Positions 1 to 12,588 of a stretch of DNA of 64,000 bases are shown piece by piece. The stretch comes from Psammoneis japonica (Eukaryota): contig QPGO01000019.1 of NCBI GenBank assembly GCA_008632985.1, positions 558,001 through 622,000 of the forward strand, written 5' to 3'. Numbering within the stretch: the stretch's first letter is position 1; each line of letters begins with the position of its first letter. Below the pieces are notes generated by a model. The model ran no database searches and had not been told where the DNA came from. It saw only the letters and a list, made by a program, of their open reading frames with translations. The translations under genes and the position numbers were made by a program.

Positions 1-35
1 CACAACACAGACCACAGACACACAACACAGCCACC

Positions 36-1124
36 ATGGGAAAGAAAAGCCGTCGTAACCGAGTCAAAGGCAAGATCAAGTCGGTGGCAAATGTGCCTTT
101 AGCTCGAGAAGAAGACGACGAGCAGATCGTTGGCTGCATGCAGGCTGTGGTCGCGAAACTGCGAAGCGACTTTGTGAAGAACGCTTCGAAAATCATGTTG
201 GAGCTCCTTGGTGAATTCAAAAAGGACAGGACTCGTGCAGCTTCGGCATTTGTCGAGGCTGGAGGCATTGAAAGTATTCTTGTCTTTATGCGAAAACATC
301 AGAATGACCCATCTGGTATGTGTTTCTGCTGTGCTGCTCTTTCTGTGGTTGCCGATAGCTTGCCGAGCAATGCCTGCGCCGTCGCGATTGCTCAGAGCGG
401 CGGAATTCCAACTATTGTTCAAACTATCCACCATGTAATCAAAGCTGGCATTCCAGCAGGTTGGAGAAACACCAGCACCTACCTGAAATGTATGAGTTGC
501 AGTATGGATCTTTTGGGCGAGTTGGCGAATATCAATGTTACGGACGTACAATGCGCTGGAGGCGTACCGGCCATAGTCGAAGTCCTGCAGTGTCCTTTTA
601 CAGATGATGAAGAAACGACGAAAAGGCACTTGTATTGCAATGCCATCTGTTCGCTAATCTCGATCCTTTTTGCGACGAGTGTTGTTGACTCTCCGCTTGT
701 GTTTGCGGAGATAACCAATTGTGGTGGAATCCCCTCCCTACTTTCTTGCATGAATCAGCATCCCGACGATGCGGATATTCAAGCATCCGGATGCGCCATC
801 ACGGCGATGCTTGCCAGTCAAGAAGTCGGTGGTTATCCATCTGCAGTCCTTGCTGCAGGAGGTGACTGTGTCATGGAGCAAGCTCTAGTATCTCACCCAG
901 GGAAACGCGGTATTCAGATTAGTGTAACCAATGCGATCCGCTACATGAACGCGGTTGTTCCTAAATGCAAATGTTGCGGAAAGGAATCAGCGGATATGAT
1001 GGTGTGCAATCGTTGTGACATTGTATGGTATTGCAATGGCGATTGCAACACAAAGGATTGGCCGAATCACAAGGAGGCGTGCAACAAGGCTCGTTGGAAA
1101 CCCCGCAACAACGCTCGTTCTTGA
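36..1124 (+). CDS. Armadillo-repeat protein with C-terminal MYND zinc finger
   Basis: 362 aa ORF with repeated ARM-like (A/S/C)GG(I/V) helical motifs and a C-terminal CKCC..CNRC..VWYC...C....W..HKEAC MYND pattern. Normal TA content. Confidence 0.85.
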   Translation: MGKKSRRNRVKGKIKSVANVPLAREEDDEQIVGCMQAVVAKLRSDFVKNASKIMLELLGEFKKDRTRAASAFVEAGGIESILVFMRKHQNDPSGMCFCCAALSVVADSLPSNACAVAIAQSGGIPTIVQTIHHVIKAGIPAGWRNTSTYLKCMSCSMDLLGELANINVTDVQCAGGVPAIVEVLQCPFTDDEETTKRHLYCNAICSLISILFATSVVDSPLVFAEITNCGGIPSLLSCMNQHPDDADIQASGCAITAMLASQEVGGYPSAVLAAGGDCVMEQALVSHPGKRGIQISVTNAIRYMNAVVPKCKCCGKESADMMVCNRCDIVWYCNGDCNTKDWPNHKEACNKARWKPRNNARS

Positions 1125-1849
1125 GATACCTCGTGCGTTGCTCTTTGGAAAGTTCATTTGTCAAGCTCTCATTCTGGGATGCATCCAACATTGTCATGAA
1201 CTGTTTTGCTTGCTTGGAGTAAGGAAACGTCATTGCAGCGTGCGTGCTTTGGATATATCTGTTTCCAAAATGCCGCCACGCCTTTTCTTCCAATGTGAAA
1301 AATCGATTCGTTGGCTTGTAGCCAACGAGACGTCAAGTAGTGTAATTTGCTTATACCGTTTAGGGCTTTGAAACATGAATAGTTGTGATCCATGCTGTAT
1401 AGAGAAGTAGCTCTTGAGTTTTTGTATCACTTTGTGACGTGTCTAGTTTTCATGCAGCATCCTTTTCCAAGAGCTTCCGAGCTCTCAGCGTTATCACGGC
1501 GGCAGGCAAAAATCGAAAACAACGGAAGAGAGAATATGACGCCAAGAAGATATATTTCTAGAGTTTCACTAGACTTTGCGCCATATCCAGTATGCCATTC
1601 TATGAGACCTACTCTGGGTTCATGCAATGAACACACGACGGGATAGAAGAGAAACTAGCAGGAATCGAAATTACAAGAGTGCTGCCGATCCATAGAACGT
1701 AACAAAATAGCGACACGTGACTTTCTGTTCTTGTGCCGCTCAGACGTTTCTCGCCATGTGGCACCGGCTCCAACACAGCAAATGAATCAGCAGCACACAA
1801 CACATCTGAAAAGCAGCACACCGACGATGTGGAAATTCAAGCACATGCT

Positions 1850-3780
1850 GGGTGTGCCATCCATCTACAGACCTTGCTGTCAGTGTGCGGGTGGGGTACC
1901 CTGCAAGTGACCCTTCCTGTAACCCAGAGCTCACCTCTGGTGTCCACTTGCTTGGTCAGCCCCTCAGCTCCCGTGACTTTGCCAACTCCTTCCTCTCCAC
2001 TGCTTCCTCCACTCTCTCTGATAAAGTTGGCATGCTCCTCTCTCGCCAAACCCAAGCCCAACTTTTCAAGCACTGTTTCACTCCCTCCTCTGCTCACCTC
2101 TTTGGCACTGATTTTTACCACACTTTGATCCTGACAACCTTTTGATGCTTTCCTTTGGACATCCTCCTTCCAGGACTCTCTCCTTGCTCCTGCTCACCAG
2201 CTCCTTTGCTGTGTCACCTCCCGTGCTGACCCTCTCCCTGATCACTCCCTTGCCATCGCCTTTCTTCCTGCTCCTTTGCTTGGCAGCTTTGGCCTTCAGG
2301 ACCCCATTCTCCTGTGCTCCTTCTTCTTTGCCTCCCATGGAGTTCAACTGCTGTCTGGAGATGCCAGCCATTGCTCTCCCTCCCTGCTTCAGGCTGTCCA
2401 TGTCCTCCTGGAACAACCCTCTCACCTCTGCACAATCTTCTGCCATTGTCCTCCTGCTCCTGCCTCTGCTTCCACCCTCTCTGCTTCTCCCTTGGCTGCT
2501 CTTGTCAAGTCTGCCACTCTTCCCAGCCTGCTGCAATCTTTGTCATGGACACCAGCAGCAAGTTGTCACCACTGCCCTTGCTGATGCCCGACGCACAAGT
2601 TTTGCTGTCATCTCTCCTGTCCCCACTCACTGGCCTCCCTCTTCACTCCTTCTCCCATCACTTCCGGAGCTCTTGCCTTGCTTCTGATGCCTGTGTCATT
2701 GATGCTCAGCACAAACTCCACCTCCCCATCTTTCCTCCTTCCATTGTTGGTGCTCCCTGTCCCTGCAGTCATGCCATCCTTGATGCCTGCGGCGACCATG
2801 CCTTCTTGCCAATGAGACCACAAATCCAAACTTTCTGATGATCTCCTGAACAATCTTTTCATTGTGGCTCAGACCTTCAAGCCTCTTGCCCAGCTCTGTC
2901 ATTCCTCCAATGATGTGCACCTTGAGCCTGCAAATCTGCTCCCCACCCATCCGCTTCTCCATCCCACCAATGTCGGCATTTCTGTGCTGCCTCAAGCTTC
3001 TCTTTCTGCTCCTTCTGCTGCCACCTCATTGCCATTGACATCACCATCACTCAAGCTCCTTCTTGCCATCCTCCTGGTCTGCCCCCACCACCACCACTCC
3101 CTCCCTTTCCAGTTTTAGCTGTGAGGCACACCATTTGAGTGCAAGACTGAAGTTCCTTGGACCTTCTGCCTCTTCTGCTGATGGATCCCCAGTTGTTGCT
3201 TTGCCCAACAACAATGGCATCTTCCTTTTTCCCTTTGCTGTTGATCACCCCAGTGGTTTTGGCTTCTTTGTCCATTGCTTTCTCTTTGGCTCTTTGCTCT
3301 CCTCTGCCTGCTCCCAGCCCAAGCCTCCCTGGTCCTCCTCTTCTGACCTGTGCCACTCCAATGCTTCCTGTTCTGCCTTCCTCTGTGCCTTGATGTCTCC
3401 ATCTGCCCTTCTTTCTTCTGCTGATTTCACCTGGAATTTGCCTTTCCAGTGACCGCTTTTTTTGTCCATTGCTTTCTCTTTTGCTCTTTGCTCTCCTCTG
3501 CCTGCTCCCCCAGCCCAAGCCTCCCTGGCCCTCCTCTTCTGACACTTGTGCCACTCTGATGCTTCCTGTTCTGCCTTCCTCTGTGCCTTGATGTCTCCAT
3601 CTGCCCTTCTTTCTTCTGCTGATTTCACCTGGAATTGCCTTTCCAGTGACCCCTTTGGCAGCACCATGCACCATTCTGCCTCTCCTTCTCAATGGGTCAT
3701 CCAAACACTCGGCTGCAACCAAGTTCACAATCTCTCCATGATGCACGCCCTTTGCTTCACCTCCTCTCTCCTTGCTGACT
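1850..3780 (+). mobile_element. Degenerate 3' part of an RLE-type non-LTR retrotransposon (inverted copy of ~5450-7110)
   Basis: LTSGVHLLGQPL (end of RT), CPCSHAILDACGDHAF (zinc knuckle) and LLHPTNVGIS (decayed RPAD endonuclease motif) all match the minus-strand copy. Confidence 0.8.
3268..3651 (+). repeat. ~194-bp tandem duplication inside the LINE fragment
   Basis: ttgtccattgctttctcttt...tttccagtgacc occurs at ~3268 and ~3462. Confidence 0.9.
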
Positions 3781-3849
3781 CATCTCCCACTCCCTCTTCC
3801 AAATGCCCTGTGTCCTGCATTCTGTGACCACTCTGCTCTCCTGCTGCTG

Positions 3850-5330
3850 CAGCCACTTCCATGCATCCTTCCACCATTCCCTTCTGTTCTCAACAGGCTC
3901 TTTAAATCTGTGCTTGGTTTAAAATGATTGTGGCTGGAAACTCTGCTTCTTGCATTGCTGTGATGCTGTTCTGGCTGTTGGAAGGCATGGGACTGTGCAC
4001 TTTGATGGCTGTCTTTCTTGTGTTGGTTTGGCACACAGTGCAAGCAGTTGACTCATCATTTGAAGTGCCACATCCAAGGTGACCACCTGCTTTTCCTCCT
4101 TTGGAGTGGTTGTTGTTTCATGGTAACACCTTGCTCTGTGACAGCATGGAGTTGGGTGCCATTGGCAGTTTTTGTGTGGAACAGGATGCAGGGAGTTGTC
4201 CTGGGAAGTTCCTGTCAATCATTGGGCATTTTCCATCTCTGCCCTTGATGGCTCTCCTTTGAAGTCCCACACTGTCTTGGTCTTTTCAAAGGTCCAAAGC
4301 CTTGCAAATTGGTTTGTGTGGTGTTGCTTCACTCATGATCTTGGTGCTGTGGAGCTGCCATCCAATGCATTGTTCAAAGTGAGTTGACTGACATGGCGTG
4401 GGATTCCTGCCAAGAAACAATTTTTCATTTTCAACATCAGCAAACATTCCAGCCAATTTCTCTTTGCACAGAGCCACGGTTCTTTGGCTGCAATCTTCTG
4501 AGACTTGGACAAGTCTGAGCTGGCAGCAGTTTGTGTGCTTGGCATTGGCTCTTGGATTAGGGCAATCCACACCTGTGAAGGTGCTGAAGATTTCTCTTTT
4601 CTGTTCATTTCCTTCTGGAGTGACTTCTGGAGATGTCCGCTCTCTAAAAGTTTCTTCCAGGTTAGGACCTCAAGTGCCAATGCCAGCTTCATCACCAAGG
4701 AGCTCTTGAATGACAGTGAAAGCCTGTTTCACAATGGTTGCTGCCACTTTTAGTGGCTTTAAGGTGGGCTGTGTTGTGAGAAAGCCATTGCACCTCCTTG
4801 CACACCTGGGAGTGCAGGCATCTCCTTGTTCTGTTTCTCCTGACTCGGGTTTGGAGTTGGGAGCTCCTGTTGCACTCCTCTCTTCTTCTTGTTCCTTGTC
4901 ATCAGAGGATGTTGAGTGGTTCTTGCTTGTAAGTTGCTGAAAGGACTCATCTTCTTTCATTTGATCAGTTTCTTCAAGAGAGTCATCCAACAAGGAATTG
5001 TTGGCAAGACCAACTTGAGCAGTCTCTCCTTTGCTGTTCCTCTTCTTGTCTGAGGTTTGTTCCTTCATGTCAACACTTTTTCTTCTCATTGTTTCCTGCC
5101 ACAAGCAAAGGGTTTGCCATCATTGGAACTTGGGGCTCCACCCTTGTTTTGTCCAGTGTTCTTTTTTTCAGGTGTGTGAGTTTTGCATGGAGTTTGCACG
5201 AGACTTCCGAAGCTTGACAACCTTCCTTGGTCATCTGTGGCATTTGGGTCTTCCTCTTGTTGGATGCGTTCCATTGTTTTTCCATCTCGGCTTTTGCCCT
5301 TTTTCTTCTTGTCACCTTTGCGTGGTGAAG
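3850..5330 (-). pseudogene. Unclassified degenerate TA-depleted coding remnant between the two LINE copies
   Basis: Broken minus-strand frames (4286-4570, 4333-4698, 4670-5104) with protein-like composition and no Tyr. Family not recognised. Confidence 0.35.
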
Positions 5331-5399
5331 TGTCACTCTTTTAAGTCCAAAATTCAGAGTTAAAGAGCCTGTGCAGAGTGGAAGGGAACAGCAGAAGGA

Positions 5400-8300
5400 G
5401 GCACGGAGGCAGCTGTGGTGACAGCAGAGCAGAGTGGGCACAAAACACTGGATGCAGGGTGTTTGACCAAGAGAATGGGGGATGAAAGGGCAGGGAGAGA
5501 GGAAGTGAATCAGAGGGCGTGCACAGAGAGGTGAAGAACATTGAGAAGGAGAGGCAGTGCAACAAGTGCTGCCAAAGTGGTTGGTGGACAGGCGATGCCA
5601 CGCAAAGTCAGCTGATGGGAGGAGAGCAGATGGAGAGGACAGGGCGCAGAGAAAGGCAGAGCAGGAAGCACTGGAGTGATGAAGATCAGAAGAGGAGGAC
5701 CAGGGAGGTTTGGGTTGATCAGACAGAGGAAAATGCAGAGACAAAGAGAAAGCGGTGAGCAAAGAATTCAAGACCACCAAGGTGATCAACGGCAAAAGGG
5801 AGAAGGAAGATGCCGTCATTGTTGAGTGAAGCAACAACCAGGGATCCATCAGCAGAGGAAGCAGAAGGGCCAAGAAACTTCAGTCTTGCACTTGAATGGT
5901 GTGCCTTAGTTAAAACAGGGAAAGAGGGAGCAGGCAGACCAGGAGGAGGGCAAGAGGGATCTTGAGACATGGTGATGTCAACTGCAATGCAGTGATGACG
6001 AGAAGGAGTGGAGAGGGAGGCAGGAGGGGGAATGGAAATGCCAACATCGGCAGGGCAAAGGAGTGGATGGGCAGGAAGCAGATTTGAAGGCTCAAGGTGA
6101 ACATCAGCAGAAGAATGACAGAGCTGGGCAAGGGGCCCCAAGGTCTGGGCTGCAACAATGAAGAGGGTGTCACGGAGGCTGTTGGAAAGCTTGGATTTAT
6201 GAGCACAGCAGCAAGAGAAGGCATGATCACCACAGGCATTGAGGGCAGCATGGCCACAGGGACAGGGCACATTGACAAGGGAGGCAGGAAGGATGGGAAG
6301 ATGAAGCTTGCATTGAGCTGTGATGATGCAGGCATTGGAAGCAAGGCAAGAGCTCTGGAAGCAACAGGAACAGGAATGAAGAGGGAGGCTGGCAAGTGGG
6401 GGCAGCAGCAAAGGCAGGGAAACTTGTGCATCAGAGGGAGCATCAGCAAGGATAGAAGCAATGGCTCACTGCTGATGCTCATGACAGAGACAGCAAGCTG
6501 GGCCATGAAGAAAGGCTGACTTGACTGGGGTGGCCAGGGTGGAGGCAGAAAGAGTAGACACAGAGGCAAGAATGGGAGCGTGCTGGCAGAAAATCATGCA
6601 GAGGCACAGAGTCGAGCAAGGGTTGAGCTGGGAGGACAAAGAAAGCCAAAAGCAGCGTGGAAGGGCAACAGTGACACCTGACGGCAGTTGGACACCGTGA
6701 GATGCAAAGCGGAATGAGCAAAGAAGAGACACCATGAATGATGGAGAGAATGATTGGGAAGAGGAGCAGCATGGGATGCAGCGCAGCAGAGAAATCAATG
6801 GGTGGTGATGAGAAGAGAGTTTTGAAAGGAGGAGGTCCAAAGGAAGGGTTTGAGAGGGTCATTGGGATCATTGAAGTTGTTGACGAAAATCAGCATCAAG
6901 AAGGTGGGCAGAGGAAGGGGTGAAGCAGTGTTTGAAGAGTTGACCTTGAGTTTGCTTGTCATGAAGGTGGGTGAGAAGCATGCCAACTTTATGGGAGAGA
7001 GTCAAGAAGGAGGCAGCAGAGAGGAAGGAATTGGCAAAGTCTCAAGAGCCAAGGGGCTGGCCAAGGAAGCAAACACCAGAGGTGAGCTGGGTCATTCGCA
7101 GGATCAGACAGGAGAGAGCAGCACAGAGAGGGTTGGCCCGGGAGGGAGGAAGGGTGGGAATGGGGCTAACACCAGCAATGGAGGTGAGAATTTTAGCAGT
7201 TTCGTAGAGTTTGAGGGCAATGCCACAGGGAGCACCAAGAGTGGAGAAACGTTCAAGGAACCATGGGAGAGTGGAATGAGGAAGAAAGGCATGAGCGTCA
7301 TTGATGCAGGAGCCAACAGAGGCAGGGGAGCAGCCAGGGATGTGTTCACAGAGTTCTTGGTTAATCGGACAAAGGACAAGTGAGAGGACCAGGCTGGCAA
7401 AGACAGGACCAAGGGGGCAACCTTGAGCAAAGCCTTCTTCTTGAACAAAAGAATCCCAGGTAGAGTCGGGGCAACGGTGCCAGCAAGTGTTAAAGCTTTG
7501 GCACATGAGGTTGAAGAAAGAAAGGAGCAGACAGAAAGAGCCTCAGTGGAGGCAAGCAGGTGACAACAAGCATCATGAGAGGCCTCATTGAACATGTTGG
7601 CTGGGTCAAGAAGGAGAGCTTTGGTGGGATCAGTGGTGGAGAGGTGCCACTCAATGTTGGCATGGGTGGAGTGGATGAGGTGGTTAAGTCCACCTTTGGT
7701 GCCAATGCCAAATTGACCATGGGGAAGAAGGCATTCCGTGAAAGCAGAAGCAAAAAGGGTCACAATGATGGAACCGGCAATGCATCAAAGAGTGGTCCCA
7801 ACACCAATGGGGTGAAGCTCATTGAGGTTGTTGGCATCTTTGTGAAGTGCAACAAAGCAGTTTGAGGCAAACAAGGGATGGATGGAAAGAGGAACAGTGC
7901 CATGGAGGAGCAGAAGAATGAGCTCACAGAAAGAGGGCAAATGAGGACGTTGAGAATCTCCTGCAGGAGTTTTGGCAGAGCAGAAGGTGCAGGACCTGAA
8001 AAGGTCAGTGGAATCAGCAAACACCGCAGCAGCAGTGCCAGGTTTGCACTTGAAAAGGGCAGAGAGGAGAGCATCAGCGGAGAGCTCAATGGGCTCATTG
8101 TCAAAGGAAGAGGCAGAGTGGATTGAAGGAGCAACAGGCACATTGGAAAGGTGCAACAGAGTGGAGCCATTGAAGAGCAGAGGAGTGCCAATCACTGACA
8201 TCACGAAAGGAAGAGAGAACAATGTCAGAGTTGAGGGCAGAACGGGGAGCATTTGCAAATGATTGCAAAGATGTGCAGAAGAGAGGCAGGCACATTGGCT

Positions 8301-9900
8301 GTGATTGCACAGTGTCTGTAGACATGCAAACCAGTGGCATCAAAGAATGCAGCAGGTGCTTGAGAAAGAGCGAAGCGAGGGTGCTCCTGGTGAAGGTGGC
8401 TGCGCACAGCAGCAGGAAGAGAAGAAAAGCATCTGCAGATGAAGGAAACCAGGAGCAAAAGGGACCGGTCAGTGGGGCATGGGTTTCAGTGGGTTCCACG
8501 AGGTGATGATGTTGCGGAGAGAGTCAAAGTTGGGGGCTGCAGCCTGGACAGCAGCTTCGTACAAAGGCATCCAGTCAGAGAGATGACCTGGGCAACAAGT
8601 GCCAACAAAGGCATCAAGGGTGTCCAGAAGTTCCATCTTGTGCTGGGACTGCTGAGGAGCAACAGAGTCATTGGACTCAGTCTGCATGATTTCATCAGGA
8701 ACATCAGCTGGCTGTGCAGGGGCATCGGGAGAGGGATGGGGACGCTTGGACGGAGGGGGCTTGGCAGTCGGAGAGCGGGCTTGCGGGCAAAAATGTGGAA
8801 GAGAGCCAGCAGCTGGAAGCAGGTCTTGGGGTTCAGGGAGCTGTCAGTCTTGGGCAAGCAGCTCAAGAGCACTGCAGGAAAAGGAGTTGCAAGAAGGAGC
8901 AGTTGGCTGAAGAGCTGCAGAGGCGCAGGACTGGGAAACTGCATCATCAGCAAGAGAAGCATCTGACGTAGAAGCAAGGAGGTCAGAGGGAAAGCCCAGA
9001 TGGTTGTGCAGGTTGGCATCCAAAAGAGCAATGGTGCACAGAGATGGAAAGAACAGAAGCTTGCATTTGATTGGAAGGGCATCATGAGCAGAGAAAATGG
9101 GAATGAGAGACCGGAGATTTGAAGAAGAAAGAAGGCGGTTGATGCCAGACTGGGTCAAGGGAAGCCTGAGAGGGTCAGAGATGACCACAACCATGTTGTT
9201 TTGACACAGGACATAAGTTCAGAGAGAGCATTGCAGGTGGCAGAGAAGTCAGCAGGATCAGGGAAGGGGACAACAGTGGCGGAAGTGCCCAAAATAGAAA
9301 ACGGGGTGGGCGGAGCATTGGGCGGGTTGGTGGTGTGAAGAAAAGCATTCCGGGCGGCATCGGAGGATGCAGAGACACAGAAAACCCAAAGAGCATGGCA
9401 GCATGACTGAAAAGAGTTGGCAGGATGCTGAGATGGCTGAATGCCAACGAGATTTGAGAAAGATAGAGTAGTTTCGGAAGGACTGAAGGATGGGTTCTGG
9501 AGATCTTGCCAACGAGAGAAAAGAATGAAGGTGAGAGAAGAGAAACTCGCAGGTGCAGCGGGAAGCACCACAAAGGGCAGGGGTCAGACCAGTGAGAACA
9601 CCATGAGCCTTCTCATCAAAGGAATTACAGGCAGGGATCATAAAGGTGCAATGCCGAGCCCAAGGGTTGTCCACAACAGGGGTCGTCGAAAAGTCGGGAT
9701 GAAGAAAGTTGGAGAAGGAACTGGTGGAGCGGAACGCAGTAAATGAAGTGGGACGTGGGATGGAGGTGCCACTTTTGAAGGAGAAAGGAAAGCGCTTGGT
9801 TGCGGAAGGAAAGGAAATCAAAGGTAGAACCTTCTGGCACCACTGGATGGAGGGTGACATGGAAGTAGGAGGTGCGATTTTTTTAGCTTGGTGTTAGTGC
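5400..9900 (-). mobile_element. Near full-length degenerate non-LTR retrotransposon with RT and restriction-like endonuclease (CRE/R2-like group)
   Basis: Motifs in order: His/Cys finger-like segments, QFGIGTKGG, LDPANMFNEAS, EGFAQGCPLGPVFASLVL, CINDA (from YIDD), CPCGHAALNACGDHAF, LLCPADVGI..VDIT. Many stops and frameshifts. Confidence 0.85.
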
Positions 9901-10071
9901 GTGCTATTCGCGTTCTCTTGTCGCACCAAACCGCTGGCTCTTTTTGGCGCTTGTGGCGAGTGCGGCGAGAAGTGATTTCTCCTCCAACTTCCTCCAGCAC
10001 AGTTCATCTTGTGCGAGCACTTGTGTTCTGAATTCGGGTGTAGCTCTTTTGACAAAACGCCGCAGCAAAGA

Positions 10072-12588
10072 ATGGGAAACGCCCAGAGTGACGCTGGCAT
10101 TGATGACCCCGCCATGTGGGCGATTTCGTACCAACAGCTCATGCAATTTCACGCGGATGCTGCTCAAGAATTCAAAGACGAAGATTACGAAAGCAAAACC
10201 ATGCGAGACGTGGTGGACCGAATGATTGCGCCCTGGTGCAGACGGACCCATCGGTCCTATGCCTTGACTTTGAATCCTCAAGGACTCAAGATCGATGCGT
10301 TCATTACACACGCCTGGGACGAACCATTTGCCAGTTTTGTGCGTTCCATCATTCGAGTGTTTGAGACAACTCCGGTGAAACCCAACCTGTGGATCTGTTC
10401 ATTTGCCCTGATGCAAGGCAACGATCAAGTTACTGAGGAGGCGTTGAATGTTCCGTTGATTGAAGCTCCATTTGTAAAGGCACTGAGAAAGGCGTCTTCA
10501 TACATCGTCGTTCGTAATGCGACAACTGATGTGTACACTCGTATCTGGTGTGTGTGTGAATTGATGTTTGCCAAAAAGGAAGGGTTGGTTCCAAGAAAGA
10601 CCCATGTGACAGGTCCTTGTTGTGTTTCAAATAGCAATGCACCCATCACTTGCCTCGATGCCAAAGCAACAGACATTAGAGACAGGGACAAGATTGTCGA
10701 AGCGCTTTTGCAGTATCGATCTCGTGAGGAAGTCGACATTTTCATCAATTTATTCCGGCTTTATAATACACCGTCCGTGACTGAACAGGAAACGACGAGA
10801 GGAGAGCGAGATTCCTCAGTGCAACTGTTCCAAGACACTGCAGCACCTGCAACGGTTGGGAATGATGTTTCTGAAAATATGCAGGATGCTGTTAGCCGTT
10901 TGTCAGAACGTGAGGAGCTGGGGATAGTCGGCATTCAGCTGAGTGGAGCCCGCATGGATTCTTGCAGGGGCTGGGAAGACTACGTTTCGAGCACCGAGTC
11001 AAACTTTAACGATTTGCTCAAATCCCTGTTAAAGTACGGTGAACTGAAGGAAGGAAAGCCAAAAGTAAGAAAGAGAAAACACCGGCGACACAAGCGTGGG
11101 CGGGTGAAGCACATCAGGAGTCATGGAAAGGAGCGAGCAGCCGTGAAGCTTCATTGTGCTGTCAAAGTTTACGAAGACCTTGATGAATGTGATTATCGGC
11201 GTGTGAGAGAAATATGCCGCAATCTTGCTGCATTGTTGAAGACAGGTGGAGCGAGCCCATCGCAGTTGGAACGCTTGATGATTGGTGCTGCTTGGCGTGG
11301 ATCTCTTGTGCTGTTTCTTGAGGCTCCTACGCCGGCATTCGACATCCTCTTTAAGATGCTGAAGGACTGCACGCATCGTGTTCCGCTGGGGGTTCATGAT
11401 GCTTCAATCTGTGGATTAGAACCGGCCTTCCTGTTGCCTCCCTTAGAAGAATTCTTGCATCACCCATTTGACCAAGGCAGACGTACCTCAGATGCAATAG
11501 TGTGGGAAATTGAGAGTCTTCTGTTGGTGATGCCCAGGTCCTCTCAGGCACTCAACAGAATTGTACGACAAGGACAAAGGATGTGGCCCGAAATGGAAGA
11601 AGGGGATTTGCAAATTCTTCCACAAGTTCGAGTATTTAAAAACTCTGACATGTCCACAGCACGAAAACTCGAATCCAAAACAAGAGAACTTGAACCAAAC
11701 GTGTCACCCAACATCACGTCCAAGATACTCGAATCAAGTACGTCAGCGGTCATGGTTCCCGGACTGATGGAGGAATTGAGCTTTTTAAGCGCACCAACGA
11801 ACGTCACGTCCAAAATACGAAAACTCGAATCAAGCATGTCAGCCGCCGAGGTTGAACGAATAGTGGAGGAATTGAAGATTTTGGCCAGAGACAATGAGCA
11901 AAATGATCGCGTCGAGATTGCCACAGCGGGAGGGATTGAGTGCATCGTGGCTGCCATGAATCGACACGCAGACCATGCGGGTGTGCAAGAAGCCGGGTGT
12001 GGAGCCTTGGGGAATTTGACTGTAAATGATGACAACGACATCAGGATTGCTGCTGCCGGAGGGATCGAGTGCATTGTGTCAACCATGAATCGACACGCTG
12101 ATCACGCGGGTGTGCAAGAAGCCGGTTGTGGAGCCTTGTGGAATTTGGCTTTTAACAAAGACAACGAGGTCGAGATTGCTTCTGCCGGAGGAATTGAGTG
12201 CATTGTGTCCGCGATGAATCGACACACGGACCACGTGGGTGTGCAACAAGCAGGATGTCGAGCCTTGTGGAATTTGGCCTTCAATGGCGACAACAAGATC
12301 AAGATTGCTTCCGCGGGAGGGATTGAGAGCATCTTGTCCGCCATGAATCGACATGCAGATCACGCGCCGGTGCAAAGATTCGGGTGTGCATCCTTGTGGG
12401 ATTTGGCTGTAAATGATGACAACCGGGTCAAAATCGCTGCTGCGGGAGGGATTGAGAGCATCGTGTCTGCCATGAATCGACACCCGGATCGCGAGGGGGT
12501 ACAAATGTACGGTCGCGGCGCCTTGAGGATTTTGGCTCGCAACAAAGACATTAAGGCCATGATAAATGCAATGGGAGGAATTCCGTAG
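10072..12588 (+). CDS. HET/TIR-like N-terminal domain plus C-terminal armadillo repeats; predicted N-myristoylation
   Basis: ATG at 10072 gives MGNAQS. Motifs FITHAWDEPF, LWICSFALMQG and YTRIWCVCEL, followed by five 43-aa ARM repeats. Confidence 0.8.
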   Translation: MGNAQSDAGIDDPAMWAISYQQLMQFHADAAQEFKDEDYESKTMRDVVDRMIAPWCRRTHRSYALTLNPQGLKIDAFITHAWDEPFASFVRSIIRVFETTPVKPNLWICSFALMQGNDQVTEEALNVPLIEAPFVKALRKASSYIVVRNATTDVYTRIWCVCELMFAKKEGLVPRKTHVTGPCCVSNSNAPITCLDAKATDIRDRDKIVEALLQYRSREEVDIFINLFRLYNTPSVTEQETTRGERDSSVQLFQDTAAPATVGNDVSENMQDAVSRLSEREELGIVGIQLSGARMDSCRGWEDYVSSTESNFNDLLKSLLKYGELKEGKPKVRKRKHRRHKRGRVKHIRSHGKERAAVKLHCAVKVYEDLDECDYRRVREICRNLAALLKTGGASPSQLERLMIGAAWRGSLVLFLEAPTPAFDILFKMLKDCTHRVPLGVHDASICGLEPAFLLPPLEEFLHHPFDQGRRTSDAIVWEIESLLLVMPRSSQALNRIVRQGQRMWPEMEEGDLQILPQVRVFKNSDMSTARKLESKTRELEPNVSPNITSKILESSTSAVMVPGLMEELSFLSAPTNVTSKIRKLESSMSAAEVERIVEELKILARDNEQNDRVEIATAGGIECIVAAMNRHADHAGVQEAGCGALGNLTVNDDNDIRIAAAGGIECIVSTMNRHADHAGVQEAGCGALWNLAFNKDNEVEIASAGGIECIVSAMNRHTDHVGVQQAGCRALWNLAFNGDNKIKIASAGGIESILSAMNRHADHAPVQRFGCASLWDLAVNDDNRVKIAAAGGIESIVSAMNRHPDREGVQMYGRGALRILARNKDIKAMINAMGGIP
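11905..12549 (+). repeat. Five highly similar 129-bp ARM-coding repeats
   Basis: Unit IAxAGGIExIVSAMNRHxDHxGVQxxGCxALxNLAxNxD repeated five times. Confidence 0.9.
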
